A DNA stretch of 64,000 bases from Selaginella moellendorffii (GCF_000143415.4 NW_003314301.1:1052702-1116701); one strand, 5' to 3'. Shown: positions 24,378 through 39,290, counted from the first letter of the stretch. Notes: generated from the letters alone by a model not told the origin. Numbers and translations are program-made.

Positions 24378-26367
24378 ATGCTGGATTTGGGAGAGTTTTT
24401 GTTGCCGGCTTTTGTGTTGGATCGCGAGGAGCGCTGCGATGGTGGCGGCTTGGAAAGGGTTCCCAGGTTTCCTTTGCTCGTTTTTGTCAATGCCAAGAGT
24501 GGTGGGCAGCTGGGAATCGCGCTCCTGGAGACCTTCTCCAAGCTTCTAGCGTCACACCAGGTACGTATCTTTTTCACTTCCAACTTTTGTTTTTTTGGTT
24601 TTCTGGCTTAGTGGTTTCTTTGGTCTACTAGGTGTTTGATCTAAGCAAGGTTGATCCTCGAGAAGTTCTATCCAGAGTCTCGAAAAATCTAGAAGCCGAG
24701 AACGATGTTGCGAAGAAATTGAGAAACTCTTTGAGGATTGTGGTGAGCGATGTCTTCTCTTGATAGCTCAGGAACTTTTTGTTCTAAAGATTTAAAAGGT
24801 TGCAGGGGGTGATGGCACGGCTGGATGGCTGCTTGGAACAGCGAGCGACGTGAGCCCTCACCATCCATTTCCAATTACCACGATTCCTCTTGGAACTGGA
24901 AACAATCTTCCATTCTCGTTTGGCTGGGTAAGTGATCTCCAAGCTTTCCACTGCTCTCTTACATTTTTCTTCTTCCAAACTTTACATTCAGGGGAAGTTC
25001 AATCCTGGCACGGATGCTCGCTCCATGAAAAAGTTTCTCAAGCAAGTGCTCGAGGCACATTCTCTGAAAGTGGACAGGTTTTGATCTAAAAATCTAAAGA
25101 GCTAAAAATCTCTAACAAGTTGTGATGATTCTGGTAATCTAAGATGGCAGCTAACAATGACAATGGAAGGAGAGCCGGATATGCTGCCTCATTCAATACA
25201 AAAGATTCCAAGAATCGAAGAAACCAATGTAAGCTCTTTTTGACGTTCTAGATGACGGCTTGACTCTCGAAGATCGTCAGGAAGCTCCACTAAAGTTTCG
25301 TGGAGGATTTTGGAATTATTTCAGCATAGGTGATTATCATAGTGTTCCAGTTTTCAAAATATTCTCATTCTTTATACTTTCTCAGGTATGGATGCACAGG
25401 TTTCATACGAGTTTCATAAGCAAAGACGTGAAAACCCCGAGAAATTCAATAGCCAACTAAGAAACCAAGTATGACAAAGTTTAGGATATCTATGGTTTTA
25501 AATAACAGATCAATTTTTTACAGTGTGCTTATGCTACTCTTGGCTGTACTCAAGGATGGTTTTGCGCTCCTTGTTTGCATCCTTCCTCAAGGTTTGTGAA
25601 TTTACTTGTTTCTCGTCTTGTGATTTATTCCAACGATTTGTTTCCAGGAGTATCAATGAAATCGCGACAGTGTATACAGCTGATTTCAATGGTCCATGGA
25701 AGAAACTGCCGATTTCCTCTAGGTATTATGTTGAAGTCCAATGTGCTTGTGTTCTATGATTTTCTTTTACAGCATAAGGTCCCTGGTTTTGCTAAACTTA
25801 CCAAGCTTTTCAGGAGGCTTGGATCCTTGGGGGACTCCCAATGACAGAAAATCTATCAAGGTATTCTAGCTATGTCATCTTCGATTTTACTGGAAGAATT
25901 TTGTAGAGAGGATTAACTTCTCCATCTGTGGAAGATGGATTGCTGGAAATAGTTGGCTTCAGAGATGGATGGCACGGCTTGTTCCTGTTGTTTCCAAAGG
26001 GCCATGGAACTCGTCTCGCTCAGGTATGAAAAACGACTTTTCTTGCGGTAAAGTTTGCGTTTTTCTTTGTCAGGCACACGAGATTAAGATCGAGCTCCAG
26101 TGCAGATCATCGTCACGATCAAATCAGTGCTGCACTTACATGAGAATGGATGGGGAACCATGGAAACAAAGGTTGGAGAAAGATAGAATTATCACAGTGG
26201 AGATTTGTCACAAGGGTCAGGGAGCAATGCTTGCAAGGCAAGGATGCATTGCAGAGAGGAAAGATGCTTACCGGCATGCCCTGACAATCACCAAGCATGG
26301 CTTGGAGCATGGATTGAAACCAAAGTCCAATGGTTGCTTTCCTTTCAAACTAACTTCTGAAAAATAA
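24378..26367 (+). CDS. Diacylglycerol kinase (DGK5/6-type, no C1 domains)
   Basis: [80 protein letters not shown]. Confidence 0.92.
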
Positions 26368-26676
26368 TAATGTATAGGTTTTTGAATGTTCTTAGAATTG
26401 ATATAATTTTAATCATACCTCTTTGCTTATACATACATACAAATATTTAAACTATTAGGAAAACGCCAAAGGCCAAAAGCCAGCTAGTGAAATTTCTATT
26501 TCATAGGCGTCAACTTCCTTGAAATGCCAAGGCACTACATTTTCTTCTAGTCCTTGTGCCAAATGGAACACAAAAAGTCCAGGGACACAGTGGAGATGAA
26601 CTAGAAAAGTCTTTCTCGTGCTTGGGGTTTATTAAACTAACAGCTAAAGTTAAATAACAATTAATCGCTCAAAATT

Positions 26677-28212
26677 TTAGTATATAGTGCAAGCTTGGGT
26701 CAGAGCTACACTGCTAGTTTTGTTTACAAAAGCTTTGTTGTCAGTTTGGAATGGTGCCAATCCCTCAGGCAAAACCGGCTCGAATTTTAGCAGCTGGGCA
26801 TAATGTTGGAGAAGCAACAACATATACTGGTAGACAAACTTCATATCGAGCTCCATGTCTAGAAATGTTTGAGCACACTTCCCCATAGCTTCGGCCTGGC
26901 CGATGAAATGGTTAGGAAGCACAAAAGAAACAAGAAAATCTCGTGACAAACCTCCTCAGGAAAGGCATTCCCCCAATCTACAGCAGCTTTGATCGAGTTG
27001 CAAATGTCGGTTCGGTTGATCGGCCAGTAGTGGACGAACGGGATCAGTGATCTCGAGAAGAACTCGTGGAAATCGGGGTTGATGAACAAAACGGTGGATC
27101 CACACGACATAATATACTTGAGACTGGCAGACCAGCCTCGACCTTCCACATAGACTTTGTACCTATGAGGATCAAAGCTAGATCTGTAGCTGGCGCTATG
27201 AAAATGAGACTCTACCTGTGAGTGCACTGCTTGGACATGTCCGAGGATTTGAAACCCTGCCCTTTCTCAGCATTCCAATCCTGCGATATCATGGAGACAA
27301 AGAGCTCTTTCGAGGTCTAAGATCTTTCAAACCTGGATTGAAACTTGCTTCTTACCTGGTGATGAGTGATCAAGCGGCTGGAATTGACATCTTTGTTCGC
27401 AGCACACTTTACTAGATCCGGTCGAGCGGCCCCAGTCCAGTAATTCCCCTTCCAATACGCAAACCTCTGCCGCTTTGACCATTTCTCCTCTCGAGCTCCC
27501 GAGTAGATCTTTTGCTTCTCCTCCTCCCACGGAAGAATGTTTACCTCGGGCCTGGCCGTGATTCAAGGAAGTTATAAGAACATAACCGAAAATCTCGGGA
27601 GCCTTACCATCCCCAGAAGGACCAATCTGGAAATACGATGTCGTAGTTCTCGCCCCTGGCGGTGGTACAGTAGGAGAAGAGAGGAGGCGGCGATGGATCG
27701 TCGCTGCCCTTTGCGCGAGGGATTGCCGGGAAATCTCCACAGCCAAACATGAGATCCACGTCCGGGACCATCCCTGGGAAGCGATCGAGCAGCAGCTGGA
27801 GGCCGCGCAGCGTGAAATCGTCGCGCGTCTGGAAGCACTTGTGGTAGCGCTCCATGTAGAGCGTGCCATTGAGGATGAGCACGCGAAAATCCGCCCTCTT
27901 CTTGGCTTCTTGGAGGCTGTGGAGCGTGATTCCGTGGTCTTTCCACGGTGCCAGGTCCCTGTCAATCCAGGAGAAGTAGGCCGGGCACTGCGATGGGGAT
28001 TTTGAAATCGCGGAGCACTGCTGGAGGCGCTGGCGATCAATCGCTCGGGCAGAGGAATTCGGTGGCCGTGACCGGATCAAATTGGAGATTACCGCTGATG
28101 GAATGAATCTGGCCTTGTCGACCACTGGAGCGAAAGCGATCAAGATAGTGGCGATGGCGATCGCTCCAGCCGCCACGATCACCAGGCGCGGCGAAGAAAC
28201 CCTGACCATCAT
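26677..28212 (-). CDS. GT90/CAP10 (Rumi-like, DUF821) glycosyltransferase; 3' end uncertain
   Basis: Type II anchor; CPAYFSWIDRDLAPWK, FQTRDDFT, VPDVDLMFGCGD, DIVFPDWSFWGW, YKVYVEGRGWSASLKYIMSCGS. Confidence 0.9.
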
Positions 28213-28297
28213 CGCCACCAATGACCATAGCGTGAGACTTTGAAGTTTGAACGCGCTCTAGTGTAACGCATATCCCACGGTAGAGATTTTTATCACC

Positions 28298-28431
28298 GAC
28301 GGCCCCGATTTGATCAGCTCCAACGGCTGTGATAGCGTCTGGGTTGGCGTGACACGTCATAAGCCACGGACGGCCCCGATTCAGTCCGATCCAACGGCTG
28401 TGATAGCGGCTGAGTTGGCGTGACACGTCAT
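28298..28431 (+). promoter_or_regulatory. Two-copy 71-bp repeat in the CDKB promoter, each copy with an MSA element (TCCAACGGCT) and a TGACACGTCA box
   Basis: Units start at about 28298 and 28369; a third AACGG core lies near 28515; MSA/MYB3R control of B-type CDKs is established. Confidence 0.72.
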
Positions 28432-28589
28432 GGATATGACACGTGGAATTAACGTTAGAGCCACGGACGGCCCAGATTCGTTGGAGTTTGAAGTGAAGAG
28501 CAGAGGAGGGACTGCAACGGCTCCAAATATTTCTTTAGGGTTTGGGCGCTGGAGCTCCAGATCGCCGCTGCCGCCGCCTCGATCCGGCC

Positions 28590-29938
<1,349 letters not shown>

Positions 29939-30108
29939 GAAGTCAGAGTGAGAGACACTACCGACCTGAAGCCTTTGCTTCTGTACATAGCTACAGGTAC
30001 ACTAGTTCTTCTAGCTGGAGTGTCGAGACTGTGTGTGGTCTGGTTCAAAAAACAATGCTCTCTTTGTTTTCTTTATAGGGTTGAATGCCATTTTAAGTAT
30101 TTTATCCC

Positions 30109-32300
30109 ATGTCAAGAGCAGGCTTCTTCTTCTGGTTGGGGTTCATAGGTGTAGTGTATGCGATTGTGTGTGGCTGGATTCTTGAGCGTCAGTCACCGAA
30201 AGCCAGGCTTCTAAGCGGCGATGAAGCTCCAGTTCTGGCTGATTTTAGTACCTGCAACGTGGAGCCGCCAGGTATGCATTTTTGTTTCTCCTCTGTGCTA
30301 AGAAATGTAGCTCATTGATTGATCAATATCATCAGACTTTTCCTGTGAACGGGAATTCTTTTTCGGCCTTGCGACTGCACCAGCTCATGTAGAAGACAAG
30401 CTGAACGACTCCTGGTTGGAGTTTGCGCAAGAGAAGAGATTCAATGTAAACGTCATGTTTTTCGTTTTTGTACTTACAGATTTTAAGTTGCAGGTGAGAG
30501 CATGGCATAACATTCCACAACCCGATGAGCGCCTCCGTTTCTGGTCGAATCCCGAGGTAGAGCTTAAGCTGGCGAAAGAAACGGGAGTGAGTGTGTTTCG
30601 ACTGGGCATAGACTGGGGTCGAATTGTGATAGCTGAGCCAGTGAATGGCATCGAGCAAGTGGTACGTAGTGTCTGTGTTTTGCTTCTTTTTTTTTTTTTT
30701 GTATCTTGTTTACATGTTGTAGGTGGATAAAGCAGCAGTAGAGCAATACAAAAAGATCCTTAAAAGTGTCTTGGATCACGGCATGCGAGTTATGCTCACT
30801 CTTTTCCATCATTCTCTTCCAAAGTGGGCTTTGCCATATGGAGGCTGGACGGACACTAGGACGATTAAGTACTTCACGGAGTTTGCAAGGTACCAATTCT
30901 TGTGCTCTTGAGATAATACTTGTTGCTTAAATAAAACCTTTCCAGGTTTGCCGATGAGAATTTTGGAGAGTATGTTGATTACTGGGTGACATTCAACGAG
31001 CCACACATATTTGCCTTGCTCACTCACTGTTCCGGAACCTGGCCACCGGGTGTTCGACTGTCGCTGTTTTCCTCTTTGTTGTGTTTCTCCCCGCTCGGTG
31101 ATTATGGGAAGGCTATACGGGCGATAAGCTCTGCGCATATTGCTGCGTATGATGTGCTCCACGAAAGGTACGTTCGAGTTTTGCTATTTGACAACGACTG
31201 AGATGCTTCTCTCGTAGAAATCCAAAGGCCGTCGTAGGAGTTGCTCATCATGTGGGAGTGATCAAGCCTTATGGTTTTCTCGACATTCCCGCCTCGCTTT
31301 TGTCCAAGTGGCTCACTCAGTTTCACTGGATTGATTTAATCCAAGACCACCTTGACTTCTGTGGGATAAATTACTATGGCCAGGTAAGTAGATTTGCGAA
31401 TCACTATTACTTACACAAGGTCCGTTGGTTTGTAGGAAATTCTGTCTGCGGCTGGGCTGATGCTAGACGAACGAGAAGAGTACAGTGAGGCTGGTAGAGG
31501 AGTCTATCCTAATGGACTGCTCGAAATACTCGAAGCGTTTCACGATCGTTACAAGACGCGCAAGCCTGAGCTCAGATATATCATTACAGAGAACGGCTTT
31601 TCGGACGCTCGTGATATTTTACGAAGGCCATACCTGATCGAACACTTGCTGGCCGTGAGCACAGCTTTGAAGAAGGTTTTTGACGGTTTTTCCAAGTTTT
31701 CTATTCACTCTTTGGTTGGTTTTTTACCAGGGCATTCCAATCGATGGTTACATCCACTGGACAATCTCAGACAACTGGGAATGGGCAGATGGTTACTGTC
31801 CAAAGTTCGGCCTTGTGTCGGTCGATCGCTTCAATGATCTGAGACGAGTTCCACGGCCATCTTACTACCTCTATCAGCAGGTTAGTCGTTTCTTTCCTCT
31901 TTAACGTTTGAAGCTGATACTCAATCCTTCCTTCCAGATCGTGCGAGGCAGGAGAGTAACGCGGCAAATGAGAGTGGAGGCGTGGGATGTGCTACAAAAG
32001 GAAGTAAGAAGAGGTAGCATGAGACCGTTTTGTAGAGGATTTGATGCACACGGCAGGATGTGGGCAGGCAAGTATATGTATGATCAAGTAAACTTCCTTG
32101 ATCTGATCAAAGGCAATTGGTTTTCAGATGGTCTTGACACTCCGGCAATGCGAGCTTATTCTGCAAAAGACTGGAGATTTGGAGAGTATCAATCGCCGGG
32201 CATTGTCATTTACGCGGGGAGGTCACTCGACGTTCTCCGCATCCTTGCCAGTGATACTATCAAAGCTCTAAAGAATCTCATCGCCAGCGACAAACATTAA
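30109..32300 (+). CDS. SFR2: SENSITIVE TO FREEZING 2-like galactolipid:galactolipid galactosyltransferase (GH1)
   Basis: FFFGLATAPAHVEDKLND, ERLRFWSNPEVELKLAKETG, TFNEPH, ITENG, WTISDNWEWADGY. Confidence 0.9.
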
Positions 32301-32394
32301 GAAAGCTTGGAAATGAGTTTGGTTGAATGATCACTGGGATTCTTGACGACCAAAAAAAAACTTGTTTTGTATTCCTTGATATATGATATGATTA

Positions 32395-33285
32395 TTAGAA
32401 AGTAAAGCAAGCACAAGTACCTGTATCTAAATCACATGATAAAACGACACGACAACTATGTGGTCCATATCCAACAAAATTCAAGCTGTTATCCTTTTGA
32501 ATAAAAATAAATCTGATATTCGGTCTAGCCTGTATAGCTTCTACTGTATGCGTACCCACTACGGCAATCTCATTGCCAGTCTTCGCACAAACCTTCTTGA
32601 TTGTAAACATTCAGCCTCCATTCAGCCACACCAAGTAGAGCTTTTCCCTCCAGCTAGCAATGTAGATACACTTACCGCTCGTGCGATACAGACTGAGATC
32701 CTTGTACGTGATCTTGTTGGTTTGCACATCAAACTGAACAAACTTGCAATGCCAGGAATCTATACAAGCCAATTTGTTTTGTACGAGAACTTGATGCGGT
32801 CGATGCAGCACGGACACCGGGACACGACACCATTCCGTCTGGCCGCGAGTGAAAGTGTGGATGTTGCCATCCAAGAACCCCACCACAACCTTGAACTGCT
32901 CGGCAGCAGTGGCCAAGAGGAACACACTCGAAACCGTGAATCCCAAGTAGGGGATCTCCTCCCACCTGGTTGCGAAGGGACTCCCAACGTAGAGTTTTTT
33001 AAGCTTTGTGGATCGAGCGAGCAAGAAGCGATTGCCTTGGGAGATGGCACACAGACAGTCGGGAGCATCGTGACTGCGAGGCTCCCAGCGCATCATCTTG
33101 CCACTGCTGTCCAGGATATAGTTTTCCCCGGGGTCGAACTTAGTGCTATCCGTATAGGAGCTCCGGAAGCTGGGCTCGTCCACCGCTGCTTTCCACGCCC
33201 GGCACACGCATCTGGAGATGAGGGCGTTCGAGAATGGAAGCCTGCACAAGATTTCTCCCACGAGCTCGGGCGTCAACCCCAACAT
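32395..33285 (-). pseudogene. F-box protein interrupted by one in-frame TGA at 32611-32613 (truncated gene or pseudogene)
   Basis: LTPELVGEILCRLP...SRCVCRAWK F-box motif; two adjacent ORFs in the same frame. Confidence 0.65.
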
Positions 33286-33499
33286 TCCTGGTTATTGAGT
33301 AGAATGGGATGCTGACTAGAGATGAAACATGCATTCATGGGCGGGAACTGTGGCCGCGCTTTTCTTCGTCCACGCCATACCCTTGCCAAAGAATCCTAAA
33401 CTTGTTTTATACTTTCTCTTGCCTTTTCCCCTCACTCTTCACTCCTTTTTGAAATGGCATCCTTGCTTGGTCCAAAGATTTATTCTCGCATAATTTGAT

Positions 33500-34600
33500 G
33501 GATCGCACTTGACGATGCTAGAGTTTTTGGTGGCGGCTCTTGTGTTGGATGGCGAGTCCTGAGCGCTGTTCTTTCCAAGGTCTCATAAATTCTAGCGGAG
33601 AACAACGTTTCTGAGGAATTGAGAAACTCTATGAGAATGCTGAGAGCGATTTCTTCTCTTTCCTGAGGACTTTGGGAAAGTTTTAAGAGGCTGCAGGGGG
33701 CGATGGCACGGCTGGATGGCTGTTTGGAACAGCAAGTGACGTGACCCAAAGTTCGGCCTTGTGTCGTCGCTTCATTGATCTGAAACCAGTTCCAAGGCCA
33801 TCTTACTGTTGACCTTCGAGAATTTAGCTGGACTTGATGTGCGGCAGGTTACGCGCTTGTGACGAACTTGGCGACAAGAAGTTGATGATCATTGATCGAT
33901 CTCTATCAGCAAATTAGTAGTTTCTCTTATAGTCTTTAAAGTTTGAAGTTGACATTCAATCTCCAAAGCAGAAGAGTAATGCGGCAAGGGCAGGCAAGTA
34001 TATGTATGATCATAATCTGATTGATTGGTTTTCAGATGGTCTTGACACTCCAGCAATGCGAGCTTATTCTGCAAAAGATTGAGGGTATCAATCACCGGGC
34101 ATGTCATTACGCGTGGAGGCTACTCGAAGTTCTCAACATCCTTGCCCGTTGATATCATTGTAAGAAATCATGTAAAGCTTTGATCCACTTTTCCAATCTT
34201 ATTCTCTAACGGCAATTATATTCATCTACCTTCTTATCAGCCCACGTACCTGTATCTAAATCATATGAAAATCGGTTTGCCATGTCCATAAAAATTCAAG
34301 TGATTATCCTCTTGATCAGAAAAGGTGAGACGCAATGTAGGTTGTACCACACGCATACTCACCACCCCGTCTTCGCACAAACCTCCTTGATTATAAACAT
34401 TGAGCATTCAGCCACAGCATGTAGAGCTTTCCCCAAATGGACTCACCGCCCGTGCGAGTGCGATCTTGACCGAGATCCACGCTTGCTTTGAAAGCAGCCA
34501 TCTTGCTTTCCACGCGCCATCTGGAGGTGAGGACACTCGAGAATGGAACCCTAGCCAGGATTTCTCTCACGAGCTCGGGCGTCAACCCCAACATTCCTGT
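33500..34600. pseudogene. Chimeric collapsed duplicate of DGK, SFR2 and F-box fragments
   Basis: 33500-33745 resembles 24345-24858; 33746-34150 resembles 31799-32255; 34245-34597 resembles 32413-33288; original order and orientation kept. Confidence 0.85.
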
Positions 34601-35619
34601 GACCCTTTTTAAATCCAAGTGCACAAAGAATTATTAGACATGTTGAGGCCACGATTGAATTTTTATAATTGGTCACACAGTTATTCAGGAATGAAGCAAC
34701 CATAGTAAAGCAAGGACAGGGAAAGGTTTGATATCCATGTTTGGAAGCTGAAGGAGACGTTTTGGAGAAACAAATCGAAGCCGTAGCCTGCTCTTTCCAC
34801 AACTGATAGTTCAGGAGCCAAGACAACGCCCATGAAAGCATGACATTGAAATATCGAAACAGAAGTCAGGAAGGTCACCACTTGTACCGTGGTTCTCAGA
34901 TGGCAACCTCCACACCTTCATTCGTGGCCAGGCTGCCATGGTGTATTCTTTATAATTAGGAATTCCCTTACATGTTTATAATAAAAGAAAAAAGAATGTC
35001 AAGAATATATCTAGAATATCTAAGTATATTTAAACTATATGATGACTTGACTAAAGCCTCCATGATGCTAGTGTAGTAGTAGTGTACAAGCATGATGGCT
35101 TAACTGAAGAATCCAATGTACTCATGCCATGGTTACAATCCCTATTTAAATTAAAGCTAACTGGAACCTTATTATCCAAGCTATGCCCTTCTAGACTCAG
35201 AAGTATGAAGTACGTGATTGCAATTGGACCACAAGCATCACTTCTTGCACAATGCTTTTCATCACTTAAAACACCTATTAAGGGTTTAATGACATCTTCT
35301 TTAATTTCCCAGGAAGTCTCCATCACTACCTCAATAAATGAGCTGTTCATTAGATTATTTATTTCAAATTATTATTTGCAATTCTAGTCGTGGTTTGTTT
35401 CATTTAAAATAATCAGGATTTTTATAGCAGGTTGATTCCTTTGTCACATTTAAAAAATGCCAGGGAGACATACTACCCACAATGAGACCATTATGCATGA
35501 ATGGTGCTTCAGCAGCCAGACTGGAAAAGAACTTATCCAATACCACACTAATACATAAAGACCATTAATATGCAAAGTTTGTCATTTCAAAGTAGAATTT
35601 GCAAAAAGTTTCCACTTTT

Positions 35620-36755
35620 CCATAAGAACAACATGTAAGTTCAATCTTTCTCTTTGACTTTGTTTTAAGGATCACTTCTTAAGGCAGCAAATAGATTTAG
35701 TATGCTTGAACACGCATTCTATAGTATAAAGAAGTTAACTTAACGTTCAACACAGAACAAGCAAACAAATTTAACATTTTATAAGAATAATTAATGCTTT
35801 TTGGAGGGCATAGGCGTAATTGATTTTTATGCATATTTTAATTCATGGTTGTGCTTATTCTAAAAAATGGACTAGTTTAATAATTAAATCAATGAATAAT
35901 ATGGTTTTCCTCAATCAAATATCTTAAACTTAAATAGTGTTTTTAAATTTAATTACTGTAATCATTATTCTGAATTTAGAATGGTTAAATTTATTTTGAA
36001 TTTGACATCAATATCCAAGAACTATGATCGATTGATGGATTGATCCATATTGATCGATTTTGACTTTTATGATTCTCTAAATCTAATGTCAAGTTTAGTG
36101 TTTTTTTACTCCTCAAAATTATTGAAACTCTATAATAGAGGAATGAAAAAAAATTGCAAGAATGATAAATAATTTTTTTTTTGTAGCTGCCACCTTAGCT
36201 GTAATTCTACTTATAATTATACTTATACTTAAATCATTGTGATATAGTTACTATTATAGACAAGAACTATATTTATCTCTACAAAACTTGATCCTAAATA
36301 GATTTTTTTTATTTTTAGTTATTCAAATAAATTGGAGTTTTCAGCTCATTAAATATGTTTTCTTCATTTGCACATTATAAAAATAATAATAAAAGTAATA
36401 ATACACACTAATTTTCCATGTGACAACGTAGAAAGAAGAATGTGTATGTTCATCATGAAAGCTATTTGATCTTTCTCTTTAACTTTGTTTTTCTTAAGGC
36501 AGCAAATCAGATTTAATATGCTTTATAGTTCTTGAATACACATTTGCATTTCATAAGAGCCATATATGCTTTTTGGAGGCATATAATTGATTTTTTAACA
36601 ACTGTAATTAGTGGTTGTGATTATAAATGAATAGATTAGATTTAATAAATAAATCAATGGATACTAAATTTTCCTCAATCAAATGGCTCAAAATTAAATA
36701 GATTTTTTAAATTTAAATCCTAATAAATATTTATTTGTAAATTTGACATTAATCT
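35620..36755. repeat. AT-rich island with a diverged direct duplication (about 35620-36010 versus 36435-36755)
   Basis: Shared blocks ATCTTTCTCTTT, TTCTTAAGGCAGCAAAT, TGCTTTTTGGAGG, TTTTCCTCAATCAAAT, AATTTGACAT. Confidence 0.7.
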
Positions 36756-37022
36756 CTAATCATATTTATAATTATACTTATATAACTAAATATATATATC
36801 TTTGAGTTTATAGGCAAGAATATGATAAACCTTAAACTGCAAAAGGTATGTTGAAGAATACTTTCTTCTTTTATATATGATAGATTCGAACTTAAAATAA
36901 TAGTTTTAAAGTGAATGACAGTGGGTCCTATTGAGTGTTGAAGAGAACACGAAACAGATGCGGCAAGCCTAGGACAGATCTTAAGTACCGAGTATGACTT
37001 CAAGATAGGAGTTGCCTGGATT

Positions 37023-38997
37023 ATGGAGAAAGCGCTTGGTGAAACGATGAGACCTTTGCAAATAGCAATTCTCATAGTAGGCAGCCGTGGAGATGTGCAG
37101 CCGATTGTTGCCATCGCAATGCATATGCAGCGAGTAAGTACTAGTCGAGAAGTTCAATTCGATCTTAATATCACTTCATTTGTAAACAGAAGTACAACCA
37201 TCAAATCAGAGTAGCAACACATGTGGACTTCAGGAATCTGGTGATTGAGGCCGGCCTTGACTTCTATCCCTTGGGTGGAGATCCAAAGATACTTGTCCAA
37301 TGTACTTCGCTTGATGCTTAAATCCTTCTCTGACATTGATTTCATCTAGACATGGCAGAGAACAACGGATGCATCCTTCCCTTGCGTTTCAGCCGCATCT
37401 CCATTTACAGGAAGCAGCTAAGAGCGATCATCAACTCAGTGCTGCCAGCGTGCACTGAGCCTAGCATTCTGAATCCCTCGTTCCGAGCACAAGCCATACT
37501 AGCAAACCCAATGGCATACGGTATTTTGTTTATATCTTTGCAGCAACTTAAGCTTTTGTAATGATGTTGCTGCAGGTCATGTGCACATTGCTGAGTATCT
37601 CAATGTTCCATTCCATTTGATATCTGCAATCCCCTGGACGTAAGTTGTAAGTCTTTCATTCTTATGTTGAAAGCTCAACCCCTTGTAACAGGCCAACCAG
37701 TGAGATTCTTCACCCATGTCTTCGTATCAAAGGACTGGATAATAAGGTAAACACTGAAAGAATTTCTTTCAGATTTGGTTTTGCTTTCTGGCTACATACA
37801 GATGACATACAAGCTAGTGGATGTGTTTATGTGGCTGAGTTCTGGCTCCTTGTTGAACAAACTACGCAAAGACCAGCTCAAGCTCGATCCGCTTCCACTT
37901 TTGAGCAGCTTCATAGACTCCAATGTGTCCGCGACGTACACATGGAGTCCACACCTGGTCCCCAAGCCTAAAGGTGGGAATGAACCTTGATTCATGAAAT
38001 TGATCTGTTGTCTGTGATCAGACTGGGGCGAGAACGTGGATGTGACTGGATTTTGCTTCTTGGATCAAGCACACGATTTCAAACCACCTTTGGGGCTTCT
38101 CAGTTGGCTAGAATCCGGGCAACCTCCCATACATATCGGGTTTGGCAGCTTGGTGAGATGAAAAACTTGGAAACGTTTTCATTCTGGGCTAACCTCATCA
38201 AAACCATGCTCTATTTATTAGCCTATGCAGGATCCAGAGCGCACAACAGAAATCATCATAGAAGCTCTCAAACTGACCGGCCAAAGAGGGATCATTTCCA
38301 AGGGCTGGGCTGGACTGGGTGGTGAATCAAGTACACCAAGTCATGTTGTTCATTATATCACTAGTCGATTGAATTTCTGCATCCTCCTTGCAGCTGAATT
38401 CCCAGACCACATTTACGTGCTGGATGAAATTCCTCACGACTGGCTGTTTCCTCGCTGTTCTGGAGTCATCAACCACGGAGGCGTTGGCACAGTTGCTGCA
38501 AGCCTCAGAGCTGGGGTAACAATATCGTGAACTCATTTTCTTCTTCTGAATTACGACCTTGGCAAATATATTGTGCAGTGTCCAACAGCAGTGGTCCATG
38601 CATGTAGTGATCAAGAGCTCTGGGGTGAAATTGTTCATTCAAATGGGGCTGGACCAGCACCGATCCACATATCTCAAATCTCCCTGCAGACAATGGTCCA
38701 GTGTATTCTCTGCTTGATCAAGCCTGAAGTATTGCTCGATTTTTCTTTGCTGTTTTTCAAAATTATTGTTATAACCAAGTTTATTTTCAGGTCAAAGAGA
38801 GAGCCATTCAATTATCCGAATGGCTGCAGCAAGAGAGTGCTATCGAGGCAGCAGTGAGATCCATTCATAAGCATCTTGATAAGAGTTTCAAGACGAATGA
38901 TTATTGTAAGAATGATCCGAGTATGCCCGTGCACTGGGACAGAGTTTACTGCTGCTTTGTGTTTGCCTGCGTATTCATGAGAGAGTTACTTACATAA
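37023..38997 (+). CDS. Sterol 3-beta-glucosyltransferase-like (UGT80 family), divergent
   Basis: PLQIAILIVGSRGDVQP, IRVATHVDFR, FYPLGGDPK, AILANPMAYGH, WSPHLVPKPKDWG, PHDWLFPRC, NHGGVGT. Confidence 0.88.
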
Positions 38998-39252
38998 TTA
39001 AATAATTAGTGTATATTATTATACATAAATATATAATGCATGGAAAATGGAAAAGTATAGTACCATCTCTAACTTTCACCTTTGCTCTTCACAATAACCT
39101 ATGGATGCTTAGTGTTGGGCAGACCCTTGCAAGAAAAATCAACCAGCTATAAAATCTGATAAATTTGTAGTAAAAGTCTTTATCCTTTTTTTTTGGTTTT
39201 ATGCTTTTGAGATTAACCTGTTTAAAGGCAGAAAATGGTTTTTTTTCCAAAA

Positions 39253-39290
39253 GGTTTTGTAGCTCAATTGGTCAGAGCGTTGGTCTAATT
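39253..39290 (+). pseudogene. 5' half of a tRNA (Ile-like), truncated in the anticodon loop
   Basis: GGTTTTGTAGCTCAATTGGTCAGAGCGTTGGTCTAAT forms a D-arm with A-box; no T-arm or B-box follows. Confidence 0.55.

Noticed and set aside
32458-33315. 285-aa plus-strand ORF
   Set aside because: Overlaps the F-box gene on the opposite strand and has no recognisable motif
35051-35390. Possible armadillo-repeat fragment (VIKPLIGVL)
   Set aside because: A single weak motif without splice or start context
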